A program made the translations under genes and the position numbers. The notes below the pieces were generated by a model, which was not told the origin of the DNA, did no database searches, and was given only the letters and a program-made list of their open reading frames with translations. Of a stretch of DNA of 64,000 nucleotides, positions 1 through 12,992 are shown piece after piece; within the stretch, counting starts at the first letter, position 1, and the number at the start of each line of letters is the position of its first letter. This DNA is from Octopus sinensis (lineage: Eukaryota), in contig NC_043000.1 of the NCBI RefSeq assembly GCF_006345805.1, positions 69,068,001 to 69,132,000 on the forward strand. The letters are read 5' to 3'.

Positions 1-628
1 GTTTCTAATTCATTAACATTAAATATAGAAACTAACCAATAGATCTCATAAAGACCTCAATGCAGTTTCTACCAATTTTTAAATGAGTTTTCTGTACCTA
101 ATTGCTAAATGTCATTGAGTATATCCGTTAAGAATATTGAAATCTACTTTACTATTAAGATTGTAATAAAGACCAGGCTAAGCTATATAAGAACAGGATC
201 CTTGAAGATGATTTCAAAATGGACTAATTAAGACATACTGTTGAACATAGAGACACACATAAGATGACATTGATAGTCTGGGAATCTTCAACCAGTCTAT
301 AAATAATTTTTGTTGGTTCTAAACACTTTCTTCTTTCTAAAATTCCATATTCCTATCCCGTCCCATATATTCAAACTCTTTGTAATAAACAAGGTTTCAT
401 GTATTTTACTTCATGCTTTTCTTTCACCCAGTGGTCATTCAATATCAGGACTACAACACCATTATAAATTATGAAATTAGCTTAATCTAATTATACAGTT
501 TTATAAATATACATTGAAAATCCACTGGAGCTCAAAAGTTGAAGAGTTGAATTATTCACTTCAACTTCATCATTACAGACTATTTCATATGCAAATGTTT
601 TCGATGCCTTATCAAATTTTTGTGAAAT

Positions 629-665
<37 letters not shown>

Positions 666-674
666 ATATATATA
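629..674. repeat. (TA)n microsatellite
   Basis: Direct read; explains ORFs 491..685 and 514..801. Confidence 0.97.
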
Positions 675-2689
675 CACAAACACACTCACACACATGCATA
701 CAGATATGTGTATTTTATTTACATTATCCATAAAAATCTATAAATCTGACTTGGAGACCACCTGTTTAAAAGGTAATCAAAATTTTGTCTCTGTATATTG
801 AACAGCTTGATTGCTCTAAATCTGTCATGTTTTGAGCTTTGTGTATGTTTTTTTCCATCAGAAACTATATTGTCTCAAATTACCATTTTCCATTGAAAAT
901 ATTATAATTCATGTAAAATACTAATTCTTTCAAAAATATTCAATTTGTTAATAATAAATGTCCTTTATTTCTCCTTTTAAGAAATTGAAATGTAAAGTTT
1001 CTTTTTTTATTTCGACTCATTAGATTTTTTTTTTAATATGAATGTTTATTTTTTAATATTTTAATTGAAAAATAAGCAATAAATTTTTCTCCAATTTTTA
1101 ACTCATTTAATCAAGCTCAACGTGGGAAATTTTTAAGGAATATATTTCTGTAATATAAACTGGTGAATTTTTAAAAATTAAATCTGGCCCCTAGAAAATG
1201 TTAATGATGCACTAGAATTATTTAGTTTTAGCTTTATAAGTCATTGAATTGTTCTTTAATGATTACTTTCTCTAATTTCAGAATATAATTTCATTTATTC
1301 TTTTATTTTTACTAGTTTATCAGTTAGACTGCAGCACTGCATTTAAGGGTTTTGTCCAATCATAAATCATTTCGCCTACATTGTATTTAACAAGTACACT
1401 GTGATAAGCTAAGTTTTCTTCAAAAAAATTATGTAAGATGTTTTATATGTTTAACTAGGCTCTACATCTTAGAATTAGCCTTTTCAGTTACCTTAATGTA
1501 ATGGTTAAATTTAGTTGTAAATTTCTTTTAAATTTTGAAATTATTTCTTCTGTATCTAGATGTGAATATGAGACATAATAAGTATTTATTTTATTTATTT
1601 ATCAATCATATTGATCTAAAATTGTTTGTTTGTAATTTTGTTTTGCACTAACTTACCTCACTATATTAAATTTTTGATTTTTAACTATTTCATTTTTACA
1701 ATTTGAGTTTGATTTTAAACTTTTACCCCCTCCTAGTTGAAGTTATCACTACTAGTTCCATAATAGTTAAAACTCCATCTCTGTGTTTGATAGTGTTGTT
1801 AGGAATGTTAAAATTTTCCCTTCTCCCACTATATTATCTCAAAACAATTCTGGTGCAATACCAATAGTTTTTTTTTGTTTTATTTTTAATTAAAACAAGG
1901 TTGACTATGTAACAAAAAAAGTTTGTTATGGTTGTTTACTGTTTACCCATTTTTAACATTGTTATTGTCTTAAATTATATAAATTTGGAAATAAATTCTG
2001 GACAAAAATCTGTTGTGTATTCAATTTTTATGGGGATAAGCATTCATCTGAAACTCAATGCTAATGATCAATAGAATTTTTGATGACTTGTAAAAACTTT
2101 AGTGAAACGTGTGTGTGTATATATATATAGATTTGATGAATGTAAGTTACATTAAGAAAGTTTTCAGTGACACCTGTGTGACCCAAAGGAAATTTAGCAA
2201 TAACTACACCACTGTTACTAATGACTATGTATTAAATATTAAGCCTTTTCTGAATTTCATTTATATTATTCTTATGTGTTAACAAAAGAATGATATAAAT
2301 AAAAATTAGTAAGGTGGAATATAAGCATGTTGCACATCATATCATGTTCTCCAAACAGAGTAATGGTTAAAAAGGCATGACTAAGTCTTTCTGGATAGCC
2401 AATAGCTTTGCAGTTATTGTGAAATATATTATTCTTAATTGGTAGCTGGTCAGCTAATTTCTTCAAAATCATTGACAACAATAACCTCATAGAGACTAAG
2501 TTAAAGACTACCACTTTAAAAATCTCTGCAAGGAGGCTATGGTAACAGTTCAAAGATTGAAGAGGGCATGAATCTAAAATTTGTTTACTATTTGTAGCAC
2601 AAATTTTATGAAGTGAAACTGTAGTCATGGCGATTGCCAGTGTCATGTCAATGACACCCATAGAATTGTAATTGTGACCATTGCTGGTG

Positions 2690-2885
2690 TCATGTAAGTG
2701 GCATGTGCTGGTGGCACGTAAAAAAGCACTCATTACACTCTTGGAGTGGTTAGTGTTAGGAAGGGCATCCAGCTGTAGAAACCATAGAAAATTAGACTGA
2801 AACCTGGTGCAGCTTACCAGTTCCAGTCAAACCATTTAATCCATGCCAGCATGGAAAGTGGATATTAAATGACGATGATGATGCC
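2690..2885 (+). mobile_element. RTE-type LINE/SINE 3' tail fragment
   Basis: tggcacgtaaaaaagcac...gttaggaagggcatccagctgtagaaac...(gat)n tail; same family at 7085-7240 and 33960-34590. Confidence 0.8.
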
Positions 2886-3467
2886 AATGAGTTGGTCTTG
2901 TACCAGTCTGATGACCTTGACTTTATTGTGGTGAAAAATAGGGACAGTCAATGATTACAAAATAGATACCTGGTAAGTAATATGCTCCCAAAAATGAATT
3001 AAAAACTATAAAGTTCACAAGAAAAGTAGAACCACAATTTGAGTATGTGCTAAAAGCTGACTGAAGGCCTGCTCCCATACAGCACTAACGAATACTTGAT
3101 TTGAGCATTTCTACAATGAAGAAAATCATTTTAGTTTAGAGAGCTTAGGAACAACTACAGGAGGTAAGACAGACTATGGAAAAACCGAAAAAAAAAAAAG
3201 GGAAGACAGCCAGATGGAATGGTAGATATCAGGTATACTAGCTAGAGAAGTGTAGAGTAGCAGTTTTATTAGTAAGATTTGATTCCTTAAATTTGAGAAG
3301 TATGAAATACTTAGATGTGTAAAGCAGTGGTACAAAAGATATGAAATAGTATGAATTAGGTATACTAATGGTCAGTGACTATGAAAAAAAGTATGTTGAT
3401 TTAGGCACATTAACTGTAAATAAGAATAAAGAATTACAAATGTGTCACTATTAACAAAGAAAATGCA

Positions 3468-3640
3468 GGCACAGGCAAGACTCTGTTGTAAGAAGCTTGC
3501 TTCCCAACTACATGGTTCCAGGTTCAGTCCCACTGCATGGTACCTTGGGAAAGTGTCTTCTACTCTATCCTTGGGCTGACCAAAGTTTTGTGAGTGAATT
3601 TAGTAGGCAGAAACTGAAAAAAGCCCATCATATATATACA
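3468..3640 (+). mobile_element. tRNA-derived CORE-type SINE (OR2-like), 5' half
   Basis: Head ggttccaggttcagtcccactgc and CORE-like accttgggaaagtgtcttc; homologous to 11519, 31150 and 59772. Confidence 0.8.
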
Positions 3641-5816
3641 TCATCATCATCGATCTTCAATGCATGCATGGGTAGGATGGTTCACAGGAGCTGGCCAGTT
3701 AGAAAAACTACCCTATGCTACTCTGTTTTGGTAGAGTTTTTATGGCTGGATGCCCTTCCTAACACCAACCACTCTGTAGAGTGGAGTCAGTGCTTTTTAT
3801 GAGTCCACTCAGGCGAGGTTAGTTTTGGCATGATTTTTACAACTGGATACCCTTTGAAATGCCAACCACTTTACAGTGTGAACTGGATGCTTTTCATGTG
3901 GCACCAGCACTGGCAGGGTCACCAAGTAACTTGCAAGACAAAAGAATTATGAGAGGGGCAGGGGCATTTGAGGAAGGAAACTTATGTCAGAGGATGACAA
4001 AGAGGCAGAAACAGGTGTCTTGCTATAATGGAGGAGGCACTGGAAGAGGTGATCCAGTATCAGATGATGCAAAGTTAGTGTGACAAAGAAATAGGTGTTT
4101 TGCTATAGAGGAGGTACATGGTTACCCAATGAGAAAGAGAGAGAGCAACCAAGAATGAGGGCAGAAATAGGTGTGCTGCTGTAGAGGAAATAAATTGATA
4201 CCCAGCAAGAGGGAAGAGAGAGAGTAGGAAACAGCAAAAGTGTAAGAGAAAGCAGAAGAGAGATAGTAAAGTGCCAGGATATACTCACAAGTAACAAGGA
4301 TCAGAGCATAGATGTGATGGTAGAGTAAAGAGAAGAGGTATAAAATGCACTGTTGGGTGTTGCCAACAAGATGCAAGTAGGGAGTGGAGATTGCAGTGAC
4401 TGGCGGAAACCTGAGTAGAGGGCAGTGAAAGCAAGAAAGGAGATTGGAAGACAATCGTAGTTTATGAAGAGGAAATGTAAATAAGAGAAAGATGCTGTTT
4501 AGAAGAGGAGATGCAGTTTGGTTTCTTGGGGTAGGACATGTGAAAAGTTTCTTGTTACATGTGTGTGGGACAACTCTTCCAGCATTTAGTTTTGCTGATG
4601 GGTCTCCTCTAGAATCTCATATCACCAAATGTCTTGGTCCATTGTCATCTTCTCTGTGAGCCCCACCATCCTAAAATCAGTCCTCACCACTTCTATGTCT
4701 TCCTGGGTTTCCCTCTTTCACACGTACCATCTACTTTCAGTGACAGGCACTTCTTTATACAGTGTCTTCACACATACGCATCACATGTCCAAACCAATGC
4801 ATTCTCCTCTCCTGCATGCCACGTTTAATCCTCTTATGCCTAACTTTTCTCACAACACAGTTGTGCTTCGTCAGTCGTGCACACTGATGTTGCAAATCCT
4901 ATGGAGCATACTACCTTCTTTCCTCTTCAGTCTATGCATGTCCTCTGCAGTCATAACTCATGTCTCACTACCATGTAATATAGATGTTCTCACACAAGCA
5001 TCATACACAATCTTTCACTTTAAGAGAGTCCTTTTGTGGCCAACAGAGGTAGTAGCTCTCTGAACTTCCTCTATCTTATTCTTATTCTAGAAACAATAAT
5101 TTCAGAGCATCGACTATCTTTAATAATTTGGCCAATTAAATAGTAGAAACTATCTACTACCTTTAGAGAGCCTCCTGGGCATTTGAGAAAGTTGAAATTC
5201 CTTGTGCCCTTAGTGCTTATTGTTCCAGTGTATCTGCCACACACGAAAGCAACTGTATCTGTTAACCTACCTATGATTCCATGGCGTCACTTATGTGTCC
5301 ATAACTTACACTTGGTGCAACAAATGGAATTATGTCCTACTCCTTTCCTACATATCGAACAGGGCCATGATGGAAGGAGAGTCTTATTTGCTTTCTTGCT
5401 AACAACAACTTTAGTCTTTGCTAAGTTAACTTTAAGGCCCTTTGATTCCAGGTTTTACTTCCAAATCTGGAACTTCTCCATTTCTGCTTCAGATTCTGCA
5501 ATAGGAGCAAGATCATCAGCATATAGTAGTTCCTATGGCCTACAGAACTGATGAATAACAATGCACTGAGAACTGACCCCTGGTGAACTCCAACTTGTAC
5601 ACTAAATTCATCACTATATTCAAGGCCAACTCTCACCCGACAGCATCACTGTACATGGTTTGAACAGCTCTAACAAGCCATTCCTCTACTCTTAGCTTCC
5701 TTAGAGACCACCAGGTAAGAAAGTGGGGAACTTTGTAGAAAACTTTTTCAGGTCAATGAAGGCTAAGTACAATGGTTTACTTTTGTCCAAATGCTTTTCT
5801 TGTAACTGTTTCACAA
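3640..5816 (-). mobile_element. Decayed RTE-clade LINE: RT C-terminal region plus 3' tail
   Basis: Minus-strand RT motifs VGVHQGSVLSALLFI, YADDLAPIA and LESKGLKVNLAKTKV; Cys-rich C..C insert; reverse-complement tail at 3640-3950. Confidence 0.85.
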
Positions 5817-5818
5817 TA

Positions 5819-7065
5819 TGAGGGGGTACCCAAAAGGAACCAGAATTTTTGATATTATTTTATTCACTTACTTTTACATGTTTACCATGTTTTTCACCTT
5901 GAAAGTATTCTCCATTTGAAGTGATGCATTGATCCAGATGTGTTTTCCAGTTTGAAGCAGTCCTGGAGCTCTTGCAGTGTAATACCTTCTAACACCTCTT
6001 CCACATCTGCAAAACGTTTTCCTTTAAGGACTTTTTCAATTAGGGGAACAAAATAAAGTTGCAGGGAGCAAGATTGGGTGAATATGGAGGGTAGCTAAGT
6101 GGGGGTCATGCCATTTTTGGTCAAAAAGTGTTTCACACTGAAGGTGGTGTGCACAGGTGATGAAACTACCATTCTCCACAGGTTGGGGTGCTTTTGTCTC
6201 ACTGCATCTTGCAAAAACTTCAGAACTTCTAAGTAAAATGTCTGGTTAACAGTTTGACCAGGAGGAACAAATTCTCTGTGGACAATTTCTTTCACATCAA
6301 TGAAACAAATTAGCGTCTTCACGTTGGACTTCACTTGATGCACATTTTTGGGGATGTGGTGACATTGAATGCTTCTACTGACTTGATTGCTGCTTTATTT
6401 CCGGGTTGTAGCCATAACACCAGCTTTCATCACCAGTGATGACCTTTGTAAAAAGGTCTGGATCAACTTCCAACTGTTCTTTCAGTTCACAACATGCATT
6501 CAGTTGTAGCTGCTTTTGATCTTCCGTGAACAAGCAAGGCACAAATTTTAACGCAACTCTTTTCATTCACAATTCCTCAACCAAAATTTGTCAGCAGGTG
6601 TTCCAGGACATATCAGTCATATCAACAAGTTTGTCAATTGCTCAGCCACAGTCCTCCAACATCAGTTCGTTCATTTGTTCAGGAGTTCAATGGTTGCCCT
6701 AAACAAGATTGGTCCTCAAGTCACAAGTGACCATTCCTAAAGTATGAAAACCACTCGTAAACTGGTGTTTTGCTCATGGCAGAATCCTTGTAAATTGTCT
6801 GAAGCATGATAACTGTTTTCCCCAGTAGAAAATAGAGTTTCATGGAAGCACACTGTCAATTTTTACGATGGCTGAAACAAAGGAACAAACAGAGAAGCAC
6901 TGCAAAACAATATAACACCACATAGCAGTAGGACTACACTTGATGCTGCCAGTTGGCAGACTGATGCCTGAGGGTTGCATCAAGAGGCTTCTAGCAGCAG
7001 AAGTCTGAACTACAACTGGCTTGCCCCACAGAGAACGTTTCTGGTTACTTTTGGGTACCCCCTCA
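5819..7065 (-). mobile_element. Mariner transposon relic, full length, transposase disrupted
   Basis: TIRs tgagggggtacccaaaag(g/t)aaccaga at both ends, flanking TA. ORFs 6375..6566 (KFVPCL, VITGDESW) and 6095..6343 (EFVPPGQTVNQTFYLEVL). Confidence 0.93.
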
Positions 7066-7084
7066 TATATATATATACATGCGT

Positions 7085-7455
7085 TAGTGGCGTTAGGAAG
7101 GGCATCCAGCTGTAGAAACACTGCCAGATCTGACTGGACTGGTGCAGCTTTCGGGCTCCCCAGACCCCAGTTGAACCGTCCAACCCATGCTAGCATGGAA
7201 AGCGGACGTTAAATGAGGATGATGATGATGATGATGATGCACATATATGTATATATTTGTGTGTGTGTTTGCTCTCCCACAATCACTTGACAACCAATGT
7301 CGGTATGTTTATGTCACTGTAACTTAGTGGTGTGGCAAAAGAGACAGATAGAATAAGTACTAGGTGTACAATTTCCTGAGGTCATTTTTCTTCAACTAAA
7401 GCCCTTTAAGGCAGTGCTCCAGTAAAATGACTGAAACAAGTAAAAGAATAAAAAA
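7085..7455 (+). mobile_element. RTE-type tail (7085-7240) followed by CORE-SINE 3' half (7255-7455)
   Basis: gttaggaagggcatccagctgtagaaac...(gat)n, then cttgacaacc...gatagaataagtactagg...aatgactgaaacaagtaaaagaataaaa. Confidence 0.8.
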
Positions 7456-9409
7456 TAGTATATTCTGTTCTTTATAGAATAAAGAGAGCAACCTGTAAAA
7501 ATTAGTTTGAAAATGGCAAGTAAAACAAAGAGATGAAAGCTGCAAGTCAATCACTGTCTGCTGCAGAGATACTTTAAAATTTATATTAGGTTGATATTAA
7601 ATAGTTAACAATATACGTGACTGATATATCATCTGCTAATAAATGCTTGAAGATGTGTTGAAAAACAGGCGACTGTAGTAGGAACTAAAATCTGTGTAGA
7701 ATGTAAACAAGTCACACAAAAAATGAAAATAGAATACCAGTTAATAGGAAATGAGAATTTTAATTGTGCCTGTTACTTCATTCATGGCAACACAAACCAT
7801 GAATAAAAATCACATGGTTATTGTTATAAGGAATAAAAGCATTGTAAGCCACCTTTGCTATAAATAAATAGCTAGTCTCTGACGATGTAGAAAAGTTTGA
7901 CATGTGCTGTAAATGCAATGCTCATGTGTGAGAATAAGGAAAACAGATATCAAAGGTATTGGTTCATATTGTTAGTAACACATCAACCACAGTGTGAACT
8001 GATTTGCTGCCATAAAGCAAAATATATTGAGCAAGAAAGGGCATGCGATGCAAATAAGGTACTTAATATGATAGTAGAGGAAGATTTAAGCATTTAAATT
8101 CTAAAGCATAAAAAGGCTTAAATTTCATAGATATCAGGTATGGAGGCATGTGCTGTTGCAGCACATCGCTGCATCCACTGTTGTCAGTATCTGCTCGGAT
8201 CATCCTGGTCAACCCTCCAAGCAGTGTCCCATCTCGGTGAAATACTTCTTCATCCACTGTAACCATGAAGCATGTGGCCAATCAACAGGAACCATCACTA
8301 TATGGTATGCAGGATCCAACTTGGAAAATCAAACAACTTGTTGCTTACAGATATGAATTGATATATGTATGGTGTTTTACCAACTTGAAATATCTAAAAT
8401 AGTGATTATAATGTAAAGTGAATAAGTGTGTATGAGAGATACTTGGAAAATTTTATGGTTTCATCTGCATCAACAGTTTATAAATTCCATGTGATACTTC
8501 AAATGGCTTGATAAAGATAAGCCAGGTCATACAGTAAATTAAAATGAAGCTATAACTTCTTTCGTATGAAACCTGTACAATGTTTATTACTTTTAACTGC
8601 TTCAGACACCACCAGCTAACAATGCTTAGTTAACATGAGGTATTTGTTAAACCCTGTCAGATAACATTGTTGAACTATAGATTAGTGACTATGCATGATT
8701 AGCGAGCTGAATGTCTCAATATCTTGCATTCAAAATAGTACACCCGACTCTGTAACACTTTATTTCTTACTATACATTACTCTACAATTTTAATTCATGG
8801 CAAATAGTTTAAAATGAAATTCTTTCTGTATGCACAAACATACATACAGTAGTCAGACAAGTAGCTTGATGTTGGACTAACCAATATTAGGTTACTTGTC
8901 GGATTGTTGCCACCAGAAAGCAGTTATACTACCGATAAACTGATAATATATGTTCAGTAAGATTTAGTTTAGAGTTTATCATCATGTAAACAAAAATATA
9001 CTGTAGCTATAGTGAAAAGGTATCAATGTATAGAAATATATAATATAGAGATATTTTCCACTTGTTACAAGTATTTGGCTGAGTCTTGACTGAAGACAGA
9101 AGCTTCTATCCTAATGTTAAATGTTAGTTTTAGCTGGACAAGCAATGTAAACCGAAAAGCAGTGCAATGCTTATGGATAATAATTAGGCATTCTATGAAC
9201 TTAGCAATATTTATGTGGGTGCCCAAGAAATTATGTTCTTTCATTGAAATTACCTTGTAGTGTGTGTGTTTATAGATAAGGACATGAAGATAGGGAAAGC
9301 TACTGGTCTATCAAAGTTAGATATGGAGATGCTCAAAATATCTGGTGATGTAGGATACATGATTTCCAAGTATCCATGGATTGCTAATGCAGGAAGGTGT
9401 CATATCCAG

Positions 9410-10640
9410 TGACTGACAGTCATGGAATGTGAACAAATGAGGTTAATTTTCAACATACTCCTTGCAGTACACACATTTCTTTCACCAGTGTTGCAGTGCT
9501 TGGATCCCATTGATGAAGGAGCTTTCATTCTCTTGGTCAAAAAAGTCATTAACAGCAGATGTCTCATCATCACTACAATACTGGTTCCCAGCCAAGTGAG
9601 TTTTTCCTGTTAGGGAACAAATGATAGTTAGATGGGGTCAAATTAGGAAAATAAACTAGTTCAAAGCTACGGTCATGCAGAGCAGCTATTGAAAGCAAGG
9701 GCTTGTGTGCTGGAGCTTTGTTCTGATGAAACAAAACCCTTTCGTCATTGCCTCAGCAAGATGGCATAGTACTCTCTAGTGATGGTGTGGTCCATTTGAA
9801 AGTAGTCAATAATAATAATAATAATTGTGTACAGTGCTCAGGTGCACTACAACTCATCTAAAGTGTATATATAATCAGGTGTAGTTTCGGCGGATTTCGG
9901 AAAGCATGAGGGCCTTAAAGGATGCAGTGTCATGGCAGTCAACAACTGACGCAGGCAGTTTATTCCACGCTTCAGCAACCCTGAGCGTGAAAAAATGTTT
10001 CCGAAAGTCATGGGAGCTGTGCTGTTTTCTGACTTTGTAGGCATGTCCACGTGTGTTAGACACATGGAGATCAAAAAGGCATCCCCGAATACTGAGGCCA
10101 TCACCTTCCCTACAGATGAAACAATCTTGGCTTTCCTTGGAGTAGGTGAGGAGGAGTGTTTCCACTACATGGATTACCTCTTTGTCTCTGGCTCAAAGTG
10201 ATGAGCCAATACTCATCCTAGCTTAAGAAATGTTCAAGAAAACCAGCTGATCTGCTTCAAACAATGTCAGATTTTCCTCTGTTGTGATCAGCCTGGTGTG
10301 CTTTTGATAAGGGGTCAGAAAATGTGGCACCCACTGAGCAGAAACTTTTGTCATGCCAAATTCATTGTGCAGAATATTCTCAACCCTCTCACTTCATGGG
10401 ATAATGTGACAGCATTGGCTATTTGATTTATAGCTCATCACCTGTCATCCATCTCTATCTGGTGAACACGATGAATGTTTTTCTTAGTGGTAGTAGTTGC
10501 AGGACGTCCAGACCTTGAGTCAACTTTTCCTTCTCTTAAATTTAGCTGCCAACTTTTGCACTGCTGATAAAACTGGAGCATCATCTCCTAATGTAGTAAA
10601 CATGTCGGCATGAATTCTCCTGCATTCAAGATTTTCTTCA
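9410..10640 (-). mobile_element. Mariner relic (same family as 58361-59544) interrupted by a CR1 insertion
   Basis: Reverse complement aligns by eye with 58550-59480 (e.g. gccatcaccttccctacagatgaaac, gtgtttccactacatggatt); TIRs not intact. Confidence 0.8.
9808..10078 (-). mobile_element. 5'-truncated CR1-clade LINE 3' end
   Basis: ORF 9875..10165 contains TRGHAYKVRK...RKHFFTLRVAEAWNKLPASVVD, the CR1 RT C-terminus; (ATT)n tail at 9808-9826. Confidence 0.9.
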
Positions 10641-11518
10641 TTTTTAAAAACATTTCATCTCACTTAATGCTTTAATGTTTACTTATGAAATAAATGTTCT
10701 CACATCTTTTCTTTATATCATCATTAAAAATATTTTTTTGGATGTTGGAAATATGGTATAACAGTATTTAGTTTGCATAGGATTAACTTCAAGTTAGTTT
10801 AAAATTAGATAGTACTGGCATAATTATATCTTTAGAAAACTACAAAGGCAATTTGCTACTAGCCTAGCAACATTTAGTTGGGTTTTCAAAAATAATAATT
10901 TAATCTACAATAATAGCAGACTTGGCTCTGACAAGTTTAAAACCTTGCACACTAATTATTTGAAGACAAAAAAATAACTTAATGAGGCCTATAAAAAAAA
11001 GGATTCACTGTTTTACTGTCCACTTTCTATGCTCACCATTACTGGTAACAAATTTGCTTTACTATCTCTATACAGGAACAAAATCCTATTATTGATAAAG
11101 AAATATTCAGATGTCTTAGAGAATTTAATCACGATTCTGCCTCTATTATAACAAGATTAACCAATCAAATACCCAAGTGTATGGCCTATAGTAAATAAAC
11201 AAATTGCCAGATTTAAGTTAGTTTAAATATTGTTTACACTACTTCAATGAAACATTAAATTGTTTTTAGTCATCTTCATTTATCTTAATCATGAGCATCA
11301 AATAATGGCATCATATCAATATGATAAGGACTATTTTAACATGCTAATTAAGAAAATAAAATATATTTGATGATAATATGGGATAACACTCATGACGAGA
11401 AACAAGAAAATTGTTGAAAATCAGAAGAAAAGTAGTATTCTATGGATAATTACTTTGAAAATATGCAACAAAACATTACAAACTGTTAGTTTTTTTTTTT
11501 ATCCCTTTGGTATCTTTC

Positions 11519-11688
11519 AGGCATAGGAATGGCCGTGTGGTAAGAAGCTTGTTCCCCAACTGCATGGTTCCTGATTCAGTCCTACTATACTATAGCCTTG
11601 GGCTGACCAAAGCCTTTTGAGTGGATTTGGTAGACAGAAACTGAAAGAAGCTTATTGTGTGTGTGTGTGTATATATATATATGTATAT

Positions 11689-11742
<54 letters not shown>

Positions 11743-12050
11743 GTCAATGTGTGTGTGTGTGTGGTGTATATATATATATGTATATGTCAATGTGTGTGTG
11801 TGTATATATATATATATATGTATATGTCAATGTGTGTGTGTGTGTGTGTGTGTCTTTGTGTATGTCCCACCACCACCGCTTGACAACTGGTTTACATCCC
11901 TGAAACTTAGCAGTATGGCAAAAAGATACTGATAGAATAAATACCAGGCTTTAAATTTTGGGGTCAATTTAATCGACTAAAAAAACACTTCAAGGCAGTG
12001 TCCCAGCATGGCCACAGTCAAATGAGTGAAACAAGTAAAAGATAAAAGAT
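11519..12050 (+). mobile_element. CORE-type SINE with internal compound microsatellite/minisatellite
   Basis: Head tggccgtgtggtaagaagc; tail gaaacaagtaaaagataaaagat; four (TG)n(TA)n...TGTCAA units at 11656-11830. Confidence 0.9.
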
Positions 12051-12581
12051 ATATACACATTCACACACACAATTTTTTTTTTATTACAAACTTCAATAAA
12101 AATAATTTTCTGAAGTTTTTGTATCTGAGTTGTCATGACCAAACAAGGAAAATTCAACAAGTTGTTTTTATTCATGATAAAATCCTGATGAGTTTAGACA
12201 TCTAACAGATTTCTTTTAATTTTAAATAAAATACATTTACCTAGTTTCCCATCATTACCATTTTAATATATTTAAAACGTTGTCAAGTGATGATGAAAAA
12301 GAACAAAATCCAAATAGTTAAGAAAGTTAGTTGATACACTAATGAGGTTAATGAAGATCATCCATATATTAATTAGATATATGTAAATAGTTCTAAATAA
12401 TTATTCAGCCAAGTAAATGGTAACATTGACTATATATGAAAGGAACTCACCAGTTGAAATCTATTAAAAGCATACCTTATGAAGGAAGTATACATTAAAT
12501 AAACATGGGAGAAAATATCTATTTACAGAGAGCAGAAATGCTTAATTAGAAAAAATAATTTTTTTAATATGTTAAAAAAAA

Positions 12582-12992
12582 TTATCTGCTAAAAGAAAAA
12601 TGGCTACTGTCTGAAGGTGATGTTTTTGTTAAGCGCCCAATTCGAGCAGCATGGGCCTTAAATAAAACTTCATTTATACGATAATAAAATGGATTAGATG
12701 ATTCATCAAGTTCAGGCTCATATTTTTTTATGACTGTATGATCAGCAGTATGCCTTGTGTCCAAAAAGGAGTTAGGAGTTTGCTGTTGTGGGTTATAAGG
12801 GTGAGGGTGGTTGGCTATTGCTGCAGACATATTAGCAGAGGATCCAGAGGCTTCTGAATAGAGTTTTGATTGAGTGTTGTTTAAACAGTCTACTTGTGGA
12901 GGTAGATGATGGAATTGTTGCTGCTGCCAAAGCTTATAATTTTGATCTGGGTGATTGTTCTCAGCTACAGGAGGGTCAGGGCTTGGTGTTGA
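12582..12992 (-). CDS. Terminal coding exon 3 of a FAM104/VCF-like (putative p97/VCP cofactor) gene
   Basis: 136 open codons plus TAA; acceptor tttctttgttgcag at 12993-13006; Q/P/S/N-rich region followed by YEPELDESSNPFYYRINEVLFKAHAARIGR, like the FAM104A C-terminal helix (LYFHINQTLREAHFHSLQ). Family identity is from memory. Confidence 0.75.
   Translation of the reverse strand, partial: STPSPDPPVAENNHPDQNYKLWQQQQFHHLPPQVDCLNNTQSKLYSEASGSSANMSAAIANHPHPYNPQQQTPNSFLDTRHTADHTVIKKYEPELDESSNPFYYRINEVLFKAHAARIGRLTKTSPSDSSHFSFSR

Noticed and set aside
8063-8356. GC-richer patch with ORFs on both strands
   Set aside because: No recognisable motif or splice context; probably an unassignable TE fragment.
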